Of a stretch of DNA of 64,000 nucleotides, positions 1-9,326 are shown piece by piece. A model generated the notes under the pieces. The model was not told where the DNA came from. It did not search any database and was given only the letters and a program-made list of their open reading frames with translations. Origin of the DNA: Polyangiaceae bacterium. GTDB taxonomy: Bacteria; Myxococcota_A; Polyangia; Polyangiales; Polyangiaceae. The position numbers and the translations under genes are program-made. Location of the stretch: positions 7,575-71,574 of the forward strand of contig JAYTHX010000316.1 of the NCBI GenBank assembly GCA_043732195.1, read 5' to 3'. Within the stretch, counting starts at the first letter, position 1; every line of letters starts with the position of its first letter.

Positions 1-1
1 G

Positions 2-187
2 GCTACGCCCGTCATCATCATCAGCGCGATGAACGACGACGAGATGAAGCGCCGCGCCGCCGCCGTCGGCGCGAACGCGTTCTACGACAAGCCGTTCAGC
101 CCGCTCGCGCTCCTCAAGGAAATCGAGGCCTTCGCGCGAAAGAGCGAGGCCGCCATGAAGGCTGCCCTGCCCCCGAGCGAGAGCTAG
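2..187 (+). CDS. response regulator receiver domain protein, C-terminal fragment (5' end outside window)
   Basis: Frame 2 reads ..PVIIISAMNDDEMKRRAAAVGANAFYDKPFSPLALLKEIEAF.. up to TAG at 185-187. This is typical of the beta4-alpha5 end of CheY-like receiver domains. Confidence 0.6.
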   Translation, partial: ATPVIIISAMNDDEMKRRAAAVGANAFYDKPFSPLALLKEIEAFARKSEAAMKAALPPSES

Positions 188-317
188 CGCTCGTCGAGCT
201 GGGGCTTCGCCCCTCGCTTCGCGAGCCTCCCCGGGCTGCGACTTGCCCGGGGCGCATCGGCTTCGGCGACCGGCGCTGCGCGCCGTGGAACGCGCCTGGC
301 TTCGGCCCTACGGCCTG

Positions 318-1781
318 CTAGGACGCGGCGAAGGTGACGGCGACGCGCAGGCCCCCGCCGACCGTGCCGTCCGCGGTGCCGCGCGCCGGCGCGTCGGAGA
401 GCTCGAGGCGCGCGCCGATGCACGCAGCGAGCTCCGCGGCCATGAAGATGGGCAGCCCGCTCGGGCGTCCGTACTGTCCGGCGTGGGCCTCGAGCGCGAG
501 GAACGCGCGGCGGCCCGAGGCCGGGAGCGGCGAGCCGGCGTCGTCGACGACGAGGCGCGCGCCCGACGGGTCCTCGGAGATCGAGATCTCGACGACGCCG
601 CCGTTCGAGGAGGCCGCGACCGCGTGCGCGACGAGCTCACGAGCGAGCGCCGCGATCGACTTGTGGCCGCCGCGCACGTAGAGCCGGCGCGCCGCGTCGG
701 CCGCTTTCACAACGACCTTCACGCCGCTGCGCTCGCCGAAGCCGTTGCCGTCGCGCGCAGCGCCCTTCGCGATGTCCATGAGGTCGATCTCGATCGCGAG
801 CTCCTGCGAGGGCAGGCCGCCGATGCTGCGCAGGCTCGCCACGAGCTCCTTGGTGTGGCTGAGGCGGCGGCGGAGCGTGTCGAGCTGTTCGTCGGTCACG
901 TCGTGGCGGCGCAGCGCGCCGAGATCGCGCGTGAGCGGGCCGAGGGTGGCCTGCAGCTCCGAGGCGACGCCGGCGCAGACCTTCGTGATGGTGGCGAAGC
1001 GGTCGGCGGCGGGCGCGCCCGGCGCGGGCGGCACGGACGAGATGGTCGCGACCTCCTCTCCGCGCTCGAAGACCGCTGCGAGCTCGCGGGCGTAGACCTC
1101 GCCCTGCGCGCGCGCCTCGTCGAGCTCCTTGCGGAGCGACTCGCGCTCGCTGCGATCGCTCGAGACCTCGGCGGGCAGCGCGAGCGTCTCGTTTCCGCCT
1201 TCGAGTTCGTGACGGCCGCCGTAGCGCACCGCCATGCGGCTCAGCCATGCGCGCTCGGTGCTCGCGGTGGGCGACATCTCGGGGCCGAGCGTGGTGGAGA
1301 TGCGAACGTCGTCCCCGTCGCGCCGCACGGTGACGGACGAGCCCTCGCCCGTGCCATGCCCGATCAGCACCTGGACCATGCGGCGGAAATCGGCCTCGTC
1401 GCCGTAGACCTCGGTTCCGCTACCGGGCTCGATCGAGACGCGCGCCTCGGGCGCCACCTCGACGATCAGCGACGCGAGATCGATCCGCCCGCGGCGCGGC
1501 GGCGCGTTGAGCTGCGAGCTGCTCTGCCTCTGATTGAGGTTCGAGAGCATCTTCATCACGTCGTCGAGCGCGTCGAGCGAGGCGTCGACGTGGTGCGCGA
1601 CGGAGGGGGGCAGCACACGCTCCTCGGCCGGTGGCCCGGCCTCCTTGATCACGACATCGAGCGGGGGCGGAGCCTGCGTACGCAGGACCTGGACGCCGAT
1701 GCGCAGGCGCTCTGCAGCGTTCTGCGCCTCCTGCGTGAGCAGCCAGCTCAGCTCCTGGCGGGTGAGGCGTCCCTTCGACAT
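318..1781 (-). CDS. histidine-kinase-like protein with two GHKL/HATPase-like halves and a degenerate H-box
   Basis: 487-aa ORF with high GC3. It has a coiled-coil linker, an H-box-like segment GVASELQATLGPL (Ala where SHELRTPL carries His), and a C-terminal HATPase-like region (VVDDAGSPLP ... GLPIFMAAELAACIGARLEL). Confidence 0.6.
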   Translation of the reverse strand: MSKGRLTRQELSWLLTQEAQNAAERLRIGVQVLRTQAPPPLDVVIKEAGPPAEERVLPPSVAHHVDASLDALDDVMKMLSNLNQRQSSSQLNAPPRRGRIDLASLIVEVAPEARVSIEPGSGTEVYGDEADFRRMVQVLIGHGTGEGSSVTVRRDGDDVRISTTLGPEMSPTASTERAWLSRMAVRYGGRHELEGGNETLALPAEVSSDRSERESLRKELDEARAQGEVYARELAAVFERGEEVATISSVPPAPGAPAADRFATITKVCAGVASELQATLGPLTRDLGALRRHDVTDEQLDTLRRRLSHTKELVASLRSIGGLPSQELAIEIDLMDIAKGAARDGNGFGERSGVKVVVKAADAARRLYVRGGHKSIAALARELVAHAVAASSNGGVVEISISEDPSGARLVVDDAGSPLPASGRRAFLALEAHAGQYGRPSGLPIFMAAELAACIGARLELSDAPARGTADGTVGGGLRVAVTFAAS

Positions 1782-1815
1782 ATACCCGCCAGGATAGGAG
1801 ATTTCTCCTCGTTCG

Positions 1816-3618
1816 TCAGCCCCGCGTTCGCGTGGGCGCGGCGCGCGAGGTGCCTGCGGCCACCCACCCGCGTTCGGGTCCGAGCGCGAGCCAGGTGAGC
1901 GAGACCTTCTGGGTCCCCGCCGTGACGATCGAGGCGTCCTTCTCGGACCACGACGCCGGCGCGGGGATGGTGATGGTCTTCTGGCCCTTGAGGGCCTTCG
2001 CGCCCGCGGCGTCGAAGCGCAGCGCGGCGATGCCGACGCCGCTGAAGAGCGAGACCTGGCCGCTCGGGATGAACGACGCGATGACCGCCCGCACCTGGGG
2101 CGCGAGCTCCACCGCGCGCGCGGCGAGCTCCCGCACCTCGTCGAGCGTGGAGCAGACGACGGCCAGGGGGTTGGGCCCCGCGGTCGTCCCCTTGCCGTTG
2201 ACGAGGAGCGCCGGACCTTCGACGACGTCGAGGGTCAGCGGCGCCTTCCACGGCGTCGGCGGGGTGGCGGTGAGGGAGGCGGCCTTCTTGCCCGCGTCGA
2301 GCGCGCCCTTGCGGTCGCGGACGACGAGCACGTCGTCGGTGGGGAGCGCGCGCGGGATGGTGACGCGAACCGGGCGCTTGAAGCTCCGCGGATCGCCCAT
2401 CTCGCCCGTGGCGACGGCGTAGGCAAGGGTCTCGGCGGAGGCGATGGCAACGTTCTTCGGCGTCGTCGCGCTGGGCTCGAGGTCGTGCGTGCGGGCGCTC
2501 AGGCCCGCGGGGGCCGGCGGATAGAGCTCGCCCGACATGACGCGCGCGTCCGGCTCGATGAGCCGTGCGCCGGTGGCGATGAGGTCGGTGAGCGCGCCGC
2601 TGCCGGCGAGCACCTCGAGCATCTGCCGCGAGGGGATCGCGAGGAGGAACTCCACGCGCGCGGGCACGCGCTTCGACTTGAGGAGCGCCGCGGCCGCGAA
2701 CAGATCGCGGAGCGTGCAGCCGGTATCGCCGCCGAGAAGGACCTGCGAGACCGGCTTGCCGTTGAGGTCGCGGACGGAGCGGACCGCGCCGGTCTCATCC
2801 ATGTAGAGAGGGTCGACGGCGCCGAGGTCGACGTTGAGCACCTCGTCGCACGGGGCGCCCGCGTCGGGGACGAGCGCGCGATGCGCCTTGGAGCGGCGCT
2901 GATCGCGGAGGAACACCTCGGTGCGCTCGTCGCTGACGAAGAGCGCGCCGGCGGCGCCGAGCTGGGGCGCGAGACCGGCGAGCACCGCGCGCTCCGAGAC
3001 GGAGAGGAGGCGCGCCGACGGGCCGGCGAACTCGATGACGACCGGCGCCTGGTGCGCGACCTCGATGCGCGAGACGGCCTCGCCGAGGCCGCGACGAACG
3101 AGCTCGAGCGCGACGTCCCGCGCGCAGACGAACGGCCGTGTGCGTCCGGAGAGGAGCACCTGCACGCTGCGCGGCGGACGGAGATGAATCGAGCCCTGCG
3201 CGAGCGCCATGCCGAGGAGGCCGGGCGACACGACGAGGGTGAGCATGCCGATGCCACCGACGCTCGCGAGGCGCGGATCGTCGGTGACGCACAGGCGCGC
3301 GGGGCTGGCGAAGCGCTCGAGATGCACGGGCGCGGGGAACCCGACGCCGGGGCGACCGATGACGATGCCGTGCGCGAGCACCTCGGCTGCCGCCGCTTGC
3401 ATCTCGTCGCTGTAGTTCTTCGATGCGGTGCCGGTGACCGCATGGGCGTCGTAGATGATCGCCACCTCGGCGGTCGTTTTCTTCAGCCCGGCTTCTCGAG
3501 CCTCGGCTACGGCGCGCAGGGGCGCCCTCGTGAGAACGATCTGGTCGACCTTGGCCGTGATCACATCACCCGAAAGGGTCGGGTCGGCACATCGCCCGGC
3601 CAGGATCTTCTGGGCCAT
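1816..3618 (-). CDS. aconitase/IPM-isomerase family protein (large plus swivel domain fused), probably non-catalytic
   Basis: The ORF in the track is 1816..3651; I prefer the start at MAQKILAGR (ATG 3618). The family resemblance runs along the whole length (MAQKIL.., GGDTGCTLRDLFAAAALLK resembles IGSCTNGRxEDLxxAA). The CGPC-type cysteine pair is absent. Confidence 0.6.
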   Translation of the reverse strand: MAQKILAGRCADPTLSGDVITAKVDQIVLTRAPLRAVAEAREAGLKKTTAEVAIIYDAHAVTGTASKNYSDEMQAAAAEVLAHGIVIGRPGVGFPAPVHLERFASPARLCVTDDPRLASVGGIGMLTLVVSPGLLGMALAQGSIHLRPPRSVQVLLSGRTRPFVCARDVALELVRRGLGEAVSRIEVAHQAPVVIEFAGPSARLLSVSERAVLAGLAPQLGAAGALFVSDERTEVFLRDQRRSKAHRALVPDAGAPCDEVLNVDLGAVDPLYMDETGAVRSVRDLNGKPVSQVLLGGDTGCTLRDLFAAAALLKSKRVPARVEFLLAIPSRQMLEVLAGSGALTDLIATGARLIEPDARVMSGELYPPAPAGLSARTHDLEPSATTPKNVAIASAETLAYAVATGEMGDPRSFKRPVRVTIPRALPTDDVLVVRDRKGALDAGKKAASLTATPPTPWKAPLTLDVVEGPALLVNGKGTTAGPNPLAVVCSTLDEVRELAARAVELAPQVRAVIASFIPSGQVSLFSGVGIAALRFDAAGAKALKGQKTITIPAPASWSEKDASIVTAGTQKVSLTWLALGPERGWVAAGTSRAAPTRTRG

Positions 3619-3668
3619 CGTGCGGGGAGGATCCCCTGCTCGTGCGCGCATTATGGCGCGACCTTAAA

Positions 3669-3759
3669 CGTTCGTACCCAAAAGGGTCAAGCGGGGGTTC
3701 TACGAACGATCTACGAACGATTTCAGTTCGGGACGGCTGCGTTGTTGACGCATCGTTCG
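3669..3759. promoter_or_regulatory. candidate operator: four copies of TACGAACGA/TCGTTCG in a divergent promoter region
   Basis: The copies are cgttcgta (3669-3676), a tandem tctacgaacga x2 (3699-3720) and tcgttcg (3753-3759). They form an inverted plus direct arrangement between the aconitase-like gene (-) and the Roadblock gene (+). Confidence 0.3.
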
Positions 3760-3781
3760 CAAGGCCTTTAAGGTTGCTTCC

Positions 3782-4138
3782 ATGTTCAAAGAGGCGCTCC
3801 AGGAACTGGTCGAGGGGACCGAGGGCGGCCTTGCAGGGCTGCTGATGGACTCGAGCGGCATCGCCCTCGAGAGCTACGCGAAGGACGATTCGCCCTTCGA
3901 CATCAACACGATCGGCATCGAATTCAGCGTCGTTATCGGCTCGATCAAGCGGGCTTCCGAGATGCTGGAGGCCGGCGCGGCCAACGAGATCGCGGTCGGG
4001 ACCGACCGGCTGGTGACCATCATCCGGACCCTCGGGGACACGTATTTCCTGGCCCTGGCGATGAAGCCGGACGGAAACTTCGGAAAAGGCCGGTATTTGA
4101 TGCGTACCGTGGCCCCGAAGATCATGGCGGAGCTCTGA
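3782..4138 (+). CDS. Roadblock/LC7 (MglB-like) domain protein
   Basis: 118 aa: MFKEALQELVEGTEGGLAGLLMDSSGIALESY...DTYFLALAMKPDGNFGKGRYLMR. Size and motif pattern are typical of Roadblock/LC7 proteins. Confidence 0.7.
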   Translation: MFKEALQELVEGTEGGLAGLLMDSSGIALESYAKDDSPFDINTIGIEFSVVIGSIKRASEMLEAGAANEIAVGTDRLVTIIRTLGDTYFLALAMKPDGNFGKGRYLMRTVAPKIMAEL

Positions 4139-4602
4139 AGTCGCCTCGCACCCGCATCCTGGTCCTGTCGGGGCCGAACCTGCAGCTCCTCGGGACGCGC
4201 GAGCCCGAGATCTACGGAAAGGACACGCTGGCGGACGTCCACCGGCGCCTGAAGACCCGGGCGGCGGAGCTGGGAGCCTCGGTGACGGCCTTCCAGTCGA
4301 ACCACGAAGGTGACCTCCTCGATCGCATCGGCAAGGCCGAGGGGGCGTTCGAGGGCCTCCTGGTCAATGCCGGCGCCCTGACGCACACCTCTCTCTCTCT
4401 CTACGACGCGCTGAAGGCGGTCCCCGTCCCCTGCATCGAGGTCCACATCTCGAACCCGGAGGCGCGTGAGGCGTACCGCCGCGAGTCGAAGATGGCGGCG
4501 GCGTGCGTGGGAAAGGTCGCGGGCTTCGGGGTCGACAGCTACGTCCTGGCCCTCGAAGGCCTCGTCCGCGTGCTGGCACGGCGCGCGTCGACGCCGCGGT
4601 GA
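4135..4602 (+). CDS. aroQ: 3-dehydroquinate dehydratase, type II
   Basis: RILVLSGPNLQLLGTREPEIYG...FQSNHEGDLLDRI...INAGALTHTS..L.DAL..V..P.IEVHISN is diagnostic. The homology starts about 40 codons upstream of the track ORF (4282). No in-frame ATG or GTG is available, so CTG 4135 (overlapping the upstream stop) is only a guess. Confidence 0.8.
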   Translation: MKSPRTRILVLSGPNLQLLGTREPEIYGKDTLADVHRRLKTRAAELGASVTAFQSNHEGDLLDRIGKAEGAFEGLLVNAGALTHTSLSLYDALKAVPVPCIEVHISNPEAREAYRRESKMAAACVGKVAGFGVDSYVLALEGLVRVLARRASTPR

Positions 4603-4676
4603 CGAGCCGCGTAAGGCGATTCGCGGCGGAACGTTCTTGGGTTGGTCGCGGGACCCGACTACCTTTCGCGGCCGTC

Positions 4677-5140
<464 letters not shown>

Positions 5141-5144
<4 letters not shown>

Positions 5145-6571
5145 GCACGATCCCGCCCAGCGCAGGTGAACGCGGCCCCGTGAGCGTCGGGCCGCGGTCT
5201 CTCCCCCGCCCGCTCAAGCAGCCGTTCAAGAAGATCCTCATCGCGAACCGCGGCGAGATCGCGCTGCGCGTCATCCGCGCGTGCCGCGAGCTCGGCATCG
5301 CGACCGTCGCCGTGCACTCCGAGGCCGACACGCGCGCGCTGCACGTGCGCTTCGCCGACGAGGCGGTCTGCATCGGGCCCGCGCCCGCCGCGCGCAGCTA
5401 CCTCCACATCCCCGCGATCATCAGCGCTGCCGAGATCACCGGCGCTGACGCGATTCACCCCGGCTACGGCTTTCTCTCCGAGAACCCGGAGTTCGCGCGC
5501 CTCTGCGACAAGTGCGGCGTCACGTTCATCGGGCCCACGCCCGAGGCGATGCGCGCGTGGGGCGACAAAGTCACGGCGCGCGGCAACGCGAAGCGCTTCG
5601 GCCTCCCCCTCCTTCCTGGTAGCGAGGTCCTGCGCGATCCCGAGCACGCCCTCGAGGAGGCCCGGCGCATCGGCCTCCCGGTCATCATCAAGGCCTCGGG
5701 CGGCGGCGGCGGGCGCGGCATGCGCATCGTCCGCAGCGAGGGGGACGTGGCGGCGGCCTTCCGGCAGGCCACGAACGAGGCCCAGTCGGGGTTCAAGAAC
5801 CCCGACGTCTACATGGAGAAATTCGTCGAGCGCCCGAAGCACATCGAGTTCCAGGTCCTCGCCGACAAGCACGGCGGCGTATGGACGCTCGGCGAGCGCG
5901 AGTGCTCGTTGCAGCGCCGTCACCAGAAGGTGATGGAAGAGGCGCCGAGCCCGGTGATGACGCCCGAGCTCCGCAACGCCATGGGCGAGGTGATCCGCAA
6001 GGCGGTGCTCGAGACCGGCTACACGTCGCTCGGCACACTCGAGTTCATCATGGACGAGGACAAGAAGCTGTTCTTCCTCGAGATGAACACGCGCGTGCAG
6101 GTCGAGCACCCGGTCACCGAGATGGTGACGGGCCTCGATCTCGTGAGCCTGCAGATCCGCGTGGCTTCGGGCGAGAAGCTCGAGCTGCCGGACACACGCA
6201 TGTGGAGCTTCCGCGGCCACTCGATCGAGTGCCGCATCAACGCCGAGGATCCGCGGACGTTCGCGCCGTGGCCGGGCCTCATCACCGAGTACTTCCCGCC
6301 GGGCGGCACGGGCGTCCGTGTCGACTCGGGCGTGTACGGCGGCTGGACGGTCCCCCAGCACTACGACTCGCTGCTGGCGAAGCTGATCGTGCATGCGGGA
6401 ACGCGTGAAGAGGCGATCATCCGCATGCGCCGCGCGCTCGACGAGTTCATCGTCGGCGGCATCCGCACGAACATCGAGCTCCACAAGCGTCTCCTCGAGG
6501 ACGAGGAAGTGAAGGCGGGTACGATGACGACCCGCACGATCGAGCGCATGCTCGCAGCTTCGCAGGCGTAA
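5141..6571 (+). CDS. accC: acetyl-CoA carboxylase biotin carboxylase subunit
   Basis: [24 protein letters not shown]..., ATP-grasp motifs, 476 aa. ATGA overlap with accB. There is an N-terminal extension of about 28 aa. Confidence 0.95.
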
Positions 6572-6672
6572 GTCGCGGCGAGCCGAACGAAGCCGCGGGC
6601 GGGAATCGCCGCGCGGGATGGCCGGAGCGGCGGGATGCGCGAGCGGCAGTCGCTCCGCGGGCCGTGTCACGC

Positions 6673-6696
6673 GCGGGCGCGGGCGCGGGCGCGGGT
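6673..6696. repeat. hexanucleotide tandem repeat (GCGGGC) x4
   Basis: gcgggcgcgggcgcgggcgcgggt read directly from the sequence. Confidence 0.8.
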
Positions 6697-7283
6697 CATG
6701 AACCTGACGCAGGTGGCGCAGGACCGGCCGCGGGTCGCTGGCGGAGGCGGCTCGCGCCGCGACGTCACCCGCTTGGCGGTGGCGGATGCGCGTTCCGAAG
6801 ACTCTTCCGCCTCGATCCTGGAAACTCTCCGACCTCCGAACATTGTCCTCAACAACGATTCGTCGCTCGTCCGTCCGGCGGATACGAGACCACGACGTTG
6901 ACGCGCTCGGTGCACGCGCACGCACTGCCGCGGGCGGCAGTAGCTCTCGCGCCGACGTCCACGGGCGCCGACAACGGCCGAGCCTGGCGACTCCGCCACG
7001 CCGCATCCGCCACCGATGGCGGAGTTGACCCCGAAGTCACGCGCCCGGCGGCTGCCGCCCACTGCCGATGGCGGAGGTGACCGAACGCCGCTTCGCCGTC
7101 GGCCCCGCTACCGGCCGCCGACGGCGCGACCACGAACCAGCGTGAGAGCATCGCGGTCTCGCATCGCTGCGGTGGCCGTAGCACCGCGGATCGTCCGACG
7201 ACCCCGCGTGCCGCGACTCCCGCTGCGGACAGCGGCAGTGGACACGCGCGGCGCCGCCGCGGCTTCCGGAGGCGACCGCCACC

Positions 7284-7375
7284 CGCGTGACCGTCGCCCG
7301 CATGACCGTCGCCCGCATGACCGTCACCCGCGTGGCCGCCATCCGCGCCACCGCCAAACGCGTGACGTCTACCCG
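7284..7375. repeat. degenerate 15-bp tandem repeat (cgcRtgaccgtcRcc), about 6 units
   Basis: cgcgtgaccgtcgcc cgcatgaccgtcgcc cgcatgaccgtcacc cgcgtggccgccatc ... in phase with the next array. Confidence 0.7.
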
Positions 7376-7380
7376 AGGTC

Positions 7381-7470
7381 GGTGCGGTCGCGATCGGTGC
7401 GGTCGCGATCGGTGCGGTCGCGATCGGTGCGGTCGCGATCGGTGCGGTCGCGATCGGTGCGGTCGCGATC
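7381..7470. repeat. perfect 15-bp tandem repeat (ggtgcggtcgcgatc) x6, plus a partial 7th unit to about 7490
   Basis: Six identical consecutive 15-mers read directly. There are no spacers, so this is not a CRISPR array. Confidence 0.9.
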
Positions 7471-7675
7471 GGTGCGATCACGGTCGGTGGCAAACGATCG
7501 GGGCCGGTGTTGGGACGGAGGCGGGCGCGCCGGAGGCGAGGCGTGCCGCGATCATCGCTGGCGATCTTCACCGAATCGAAGGGCTGTTCGACACCGGGCG
7601 CGCGCGCAAGTGGCCGAGATCACGTGCCGCCGGGCGCGACGACGCGGCCGCCGCTCTCTGTGTATCCTCTCGCCC

Positions 7676-9316
7676 ATGCTCCACGGTCGCATGATGGACT
7701 TCCCGCTGACGCTCACCCACCTGGTGGAGCGCGCGGGGACGCAGTTTCCTCGGTCCGAGATCGTCTGCACGCAGCGCGACAAGACCCGGACGCGGCAGAC
7801 CTATGCCGCGTGGGCAGGGCGCGTCGCGAAGCTCGCCAACGCCCTGAAGAACAAGCTCGGCGTGAAGGCCGGGGAGCGCGTCGCCACGCTCGCCTTCAAC
7901 CACGCCCCGCACCTGGAGGCGTACTTCGCCATCCCCACCATGGGCGCGGTAATTCACACGCTCAACCTTCGGCTGCACGGCACGGAGCTCGGCTACATCG
8001 CAAAGCACGCCGAGGACGTCGTCGTCCTCGTCGACGAGGCGCTCCTGCCGCTGCTGGAGAGCTTTCGCGCCGAGGTGAAGACGCTCCGCCAGGTCGTCGT
8101 TTTCCGCAACGCGCCCCGCGAGCCCAACGAGGCTCCCCTTCCGGACGGCATGATTGACTACGAGGACCTGATCGCCGACCAGCCCGACACCATCGAATGG
8201 CCCCGCCTCGAGGAGAATTCGGCGGCGATGCTCTGCTACACCTCCGGCACCACCGGGAACCCGAAGGGTGTACTCTACAGCCATCGCTCGATCGTCCTGC
8301 ATGCCCTGGTCATCATGGGACGCGAGGCGATGGGCGTGGGCAGCGACGATTGCGTCCTGCCCGTCGTGCCCATGTTCCACGCGTCGGCGTGGGGCCTCCC
8401 GTTCGCCGGGCTGACCGCGGGGAGCAAGCTCGTCTTCAACGGCGGCCACTTCGACGCCGTCACGCTGCTCGACCTCATGGCCGAGGAGAAGGTCACCTTC
8501 GCGGGCGGCGTGCCGACGATCTGGATCGGCATCCTCGCCGCCCTCGACGCCGAGCCGAAGCGCTGGGATCTCTCCGCGATCCGCGCGATGGCCATCGGCG
8601 GGTCGGCTGCGCCTCCGGCCCTGATCGAGGGCTTCTCCGCCCGTCACGGCCTCGAGGTGCTGCACGCCTGGGGCATGACCGAGACGCAGCCCGTCGGGAC
8701 CATGGCGAAGGTGAAGGCCAACCTCCGCGGCGGTACGCCGGAGCAGATCCTCGGCCTCCGCGCATCGCAGGGGTACCCCCTGCCTTTCGTCGAGACTCGC
8801 CACACCGACGAGACCGGCAAGGTCCTCACGTGGGACGGTGAGACCATGGGCGAGCTCGAGGTGCGCGGCCCCTGGGTCGCGCAGTCGTATTACGGAGACG
8901 AGGGACCGGATCGCTTCACGAACGACGGCTGGTTCAAGACCGGCGACGTCGTGACCATCGACGAGAACGGCTACGTCCGCATCACCGACCGCTCGAAGGA
9001 CGTCGTGAAGTCGGGCGGCGAGTGGATCAGCAGCGTGCAGCTCGAGAACGCGCTCATGAGCCACCCCGCGGTGCTCGAGGCGGCGGTCTTCGCGGCGCGC
9101 CACGCGAAGTGGGACGAGCGCCCGGTCGCGGCCGTCGTGCTCAAGCCGAACCAGCAGGCGACCGAGGCCGACCTCGCGAAGCACCTCGACGGCCGGTTCG
9201 CGAAGTACTGGATGCCCGACCGCTTCCTCTTCGTGGAGCAGATCCCGCGCACCAGCACCGGGAAGTTCCTGAAGTCGCGGCTCCGCGAACTCTACGGCGA
9301 TGTCCTCCTGAAGTGA
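7676..9316 (+). CDS. AMP-dependent fatty-acyl-CoA synthetase/ligase
   Basis: Start at ATG 7676 (MLHGRMMDFPLTLTHLVERA); the upstream part of the 766-aa track ORF is Arg-rich junk. AMP-binding motif YTSGTTGNPKGV, and a C-terminal ..SGGEWISS..E / PRTSTGKFLK. Confidence 0.9.
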   Translation: MLHGRMMDFPLTLTHLVERAGTQFPRSEIVCTQRDKTRTRQTYAAWAGRVAKLANALKNKLGVKAGERVATLAFNHAPHLEAYFAIPTMGAVIHTLNLRLHGTELGYIAKHAEDVVVLVDEALLPLLESFRAEVKTLRQVVVFRNAPREPNEAPLPDGMIDYEDLIADQPDTIEWPRLEENSAAMLCYTSGTTGNPKGVLYSHRSIVLHALVIMGREAMGVGSDDCVLPVVPMFHASAWGLPFAGLTAGSKLVFNGGHFDAVTLLDLMAEEKVTFAGGVPTIWIGILAALDAEPKRWDLSAIRAMAIGGSAAPPALIEGFSARHGLEVLHAWGMTETQPVGTMAKVKANLRGGTPEQILGLRASQGYPLPFVETRHTDETGKVLTWDGETMGELEVRGPWVAQSYYGDEGPDRFTNDGWFKTGDVVTIDENGYVRITDRSKDVVKSGGEWISSVQLENALMSHPAVLEAAVFAARHAKWDERPVAAVVLKPNQQATEADLAKHLDGRFAKYWMPDRFLFVEQIPRTSTGKFLKSRLRELYGDVLLK

Positions 9317-9326
9317 GATCCCCGGC

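Noticed and set aside
243-1898. 551-aa + strand ORF (Arg/Ala/Glu-rich), with similar giants at 4940-7006(-), 7568-9448(-), 23491-26469(+), 36179-38146(-), 47445-51299(+) and 51401-54043(+).
   Set aside because: All are antisense or out of frame to genes with unmistakable family motifs (HK-like, accC, acyl-CoA ligase, lon, STK-3, gspE/F, gspD). Their composition is the Arg/Ala/Gly/Asp bias expected from stop-poor frames in 70% GC DNA, and their GC3 is lower than in the chosen frames.
6698-6901. Possible 67-aa ORF (MNLTQVAQDRPRVAGGGGSRRDV...).
   Set aside because: GC3 is borderline, no homology is recognised, no SD is evident, and the ORF begins inside the (GCGGGC)n repeat. The evidence is insufficient.
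7381-7490. Tandem 15-mers considered as a CRISPR array.
   Set aside because: The units are directly abutting with no spacers, the repeat is far shorter than CRISPR repeats, and no cas genes are present in the window.
6849-7571. 240-aa minus-strand ORF containing (PIATA)n and (GHAGD)n pentapeptide repeats.
   Set aside because: The repeats merely translate the 15-bp tandem arrays. The flanks are Arg/Trp-rich with only about 75% GC3, against about 90% or more in confident genes. There is no signal peptide or recognisable domain and no convincing start context. I kept it as a repeat region, not a CDS.
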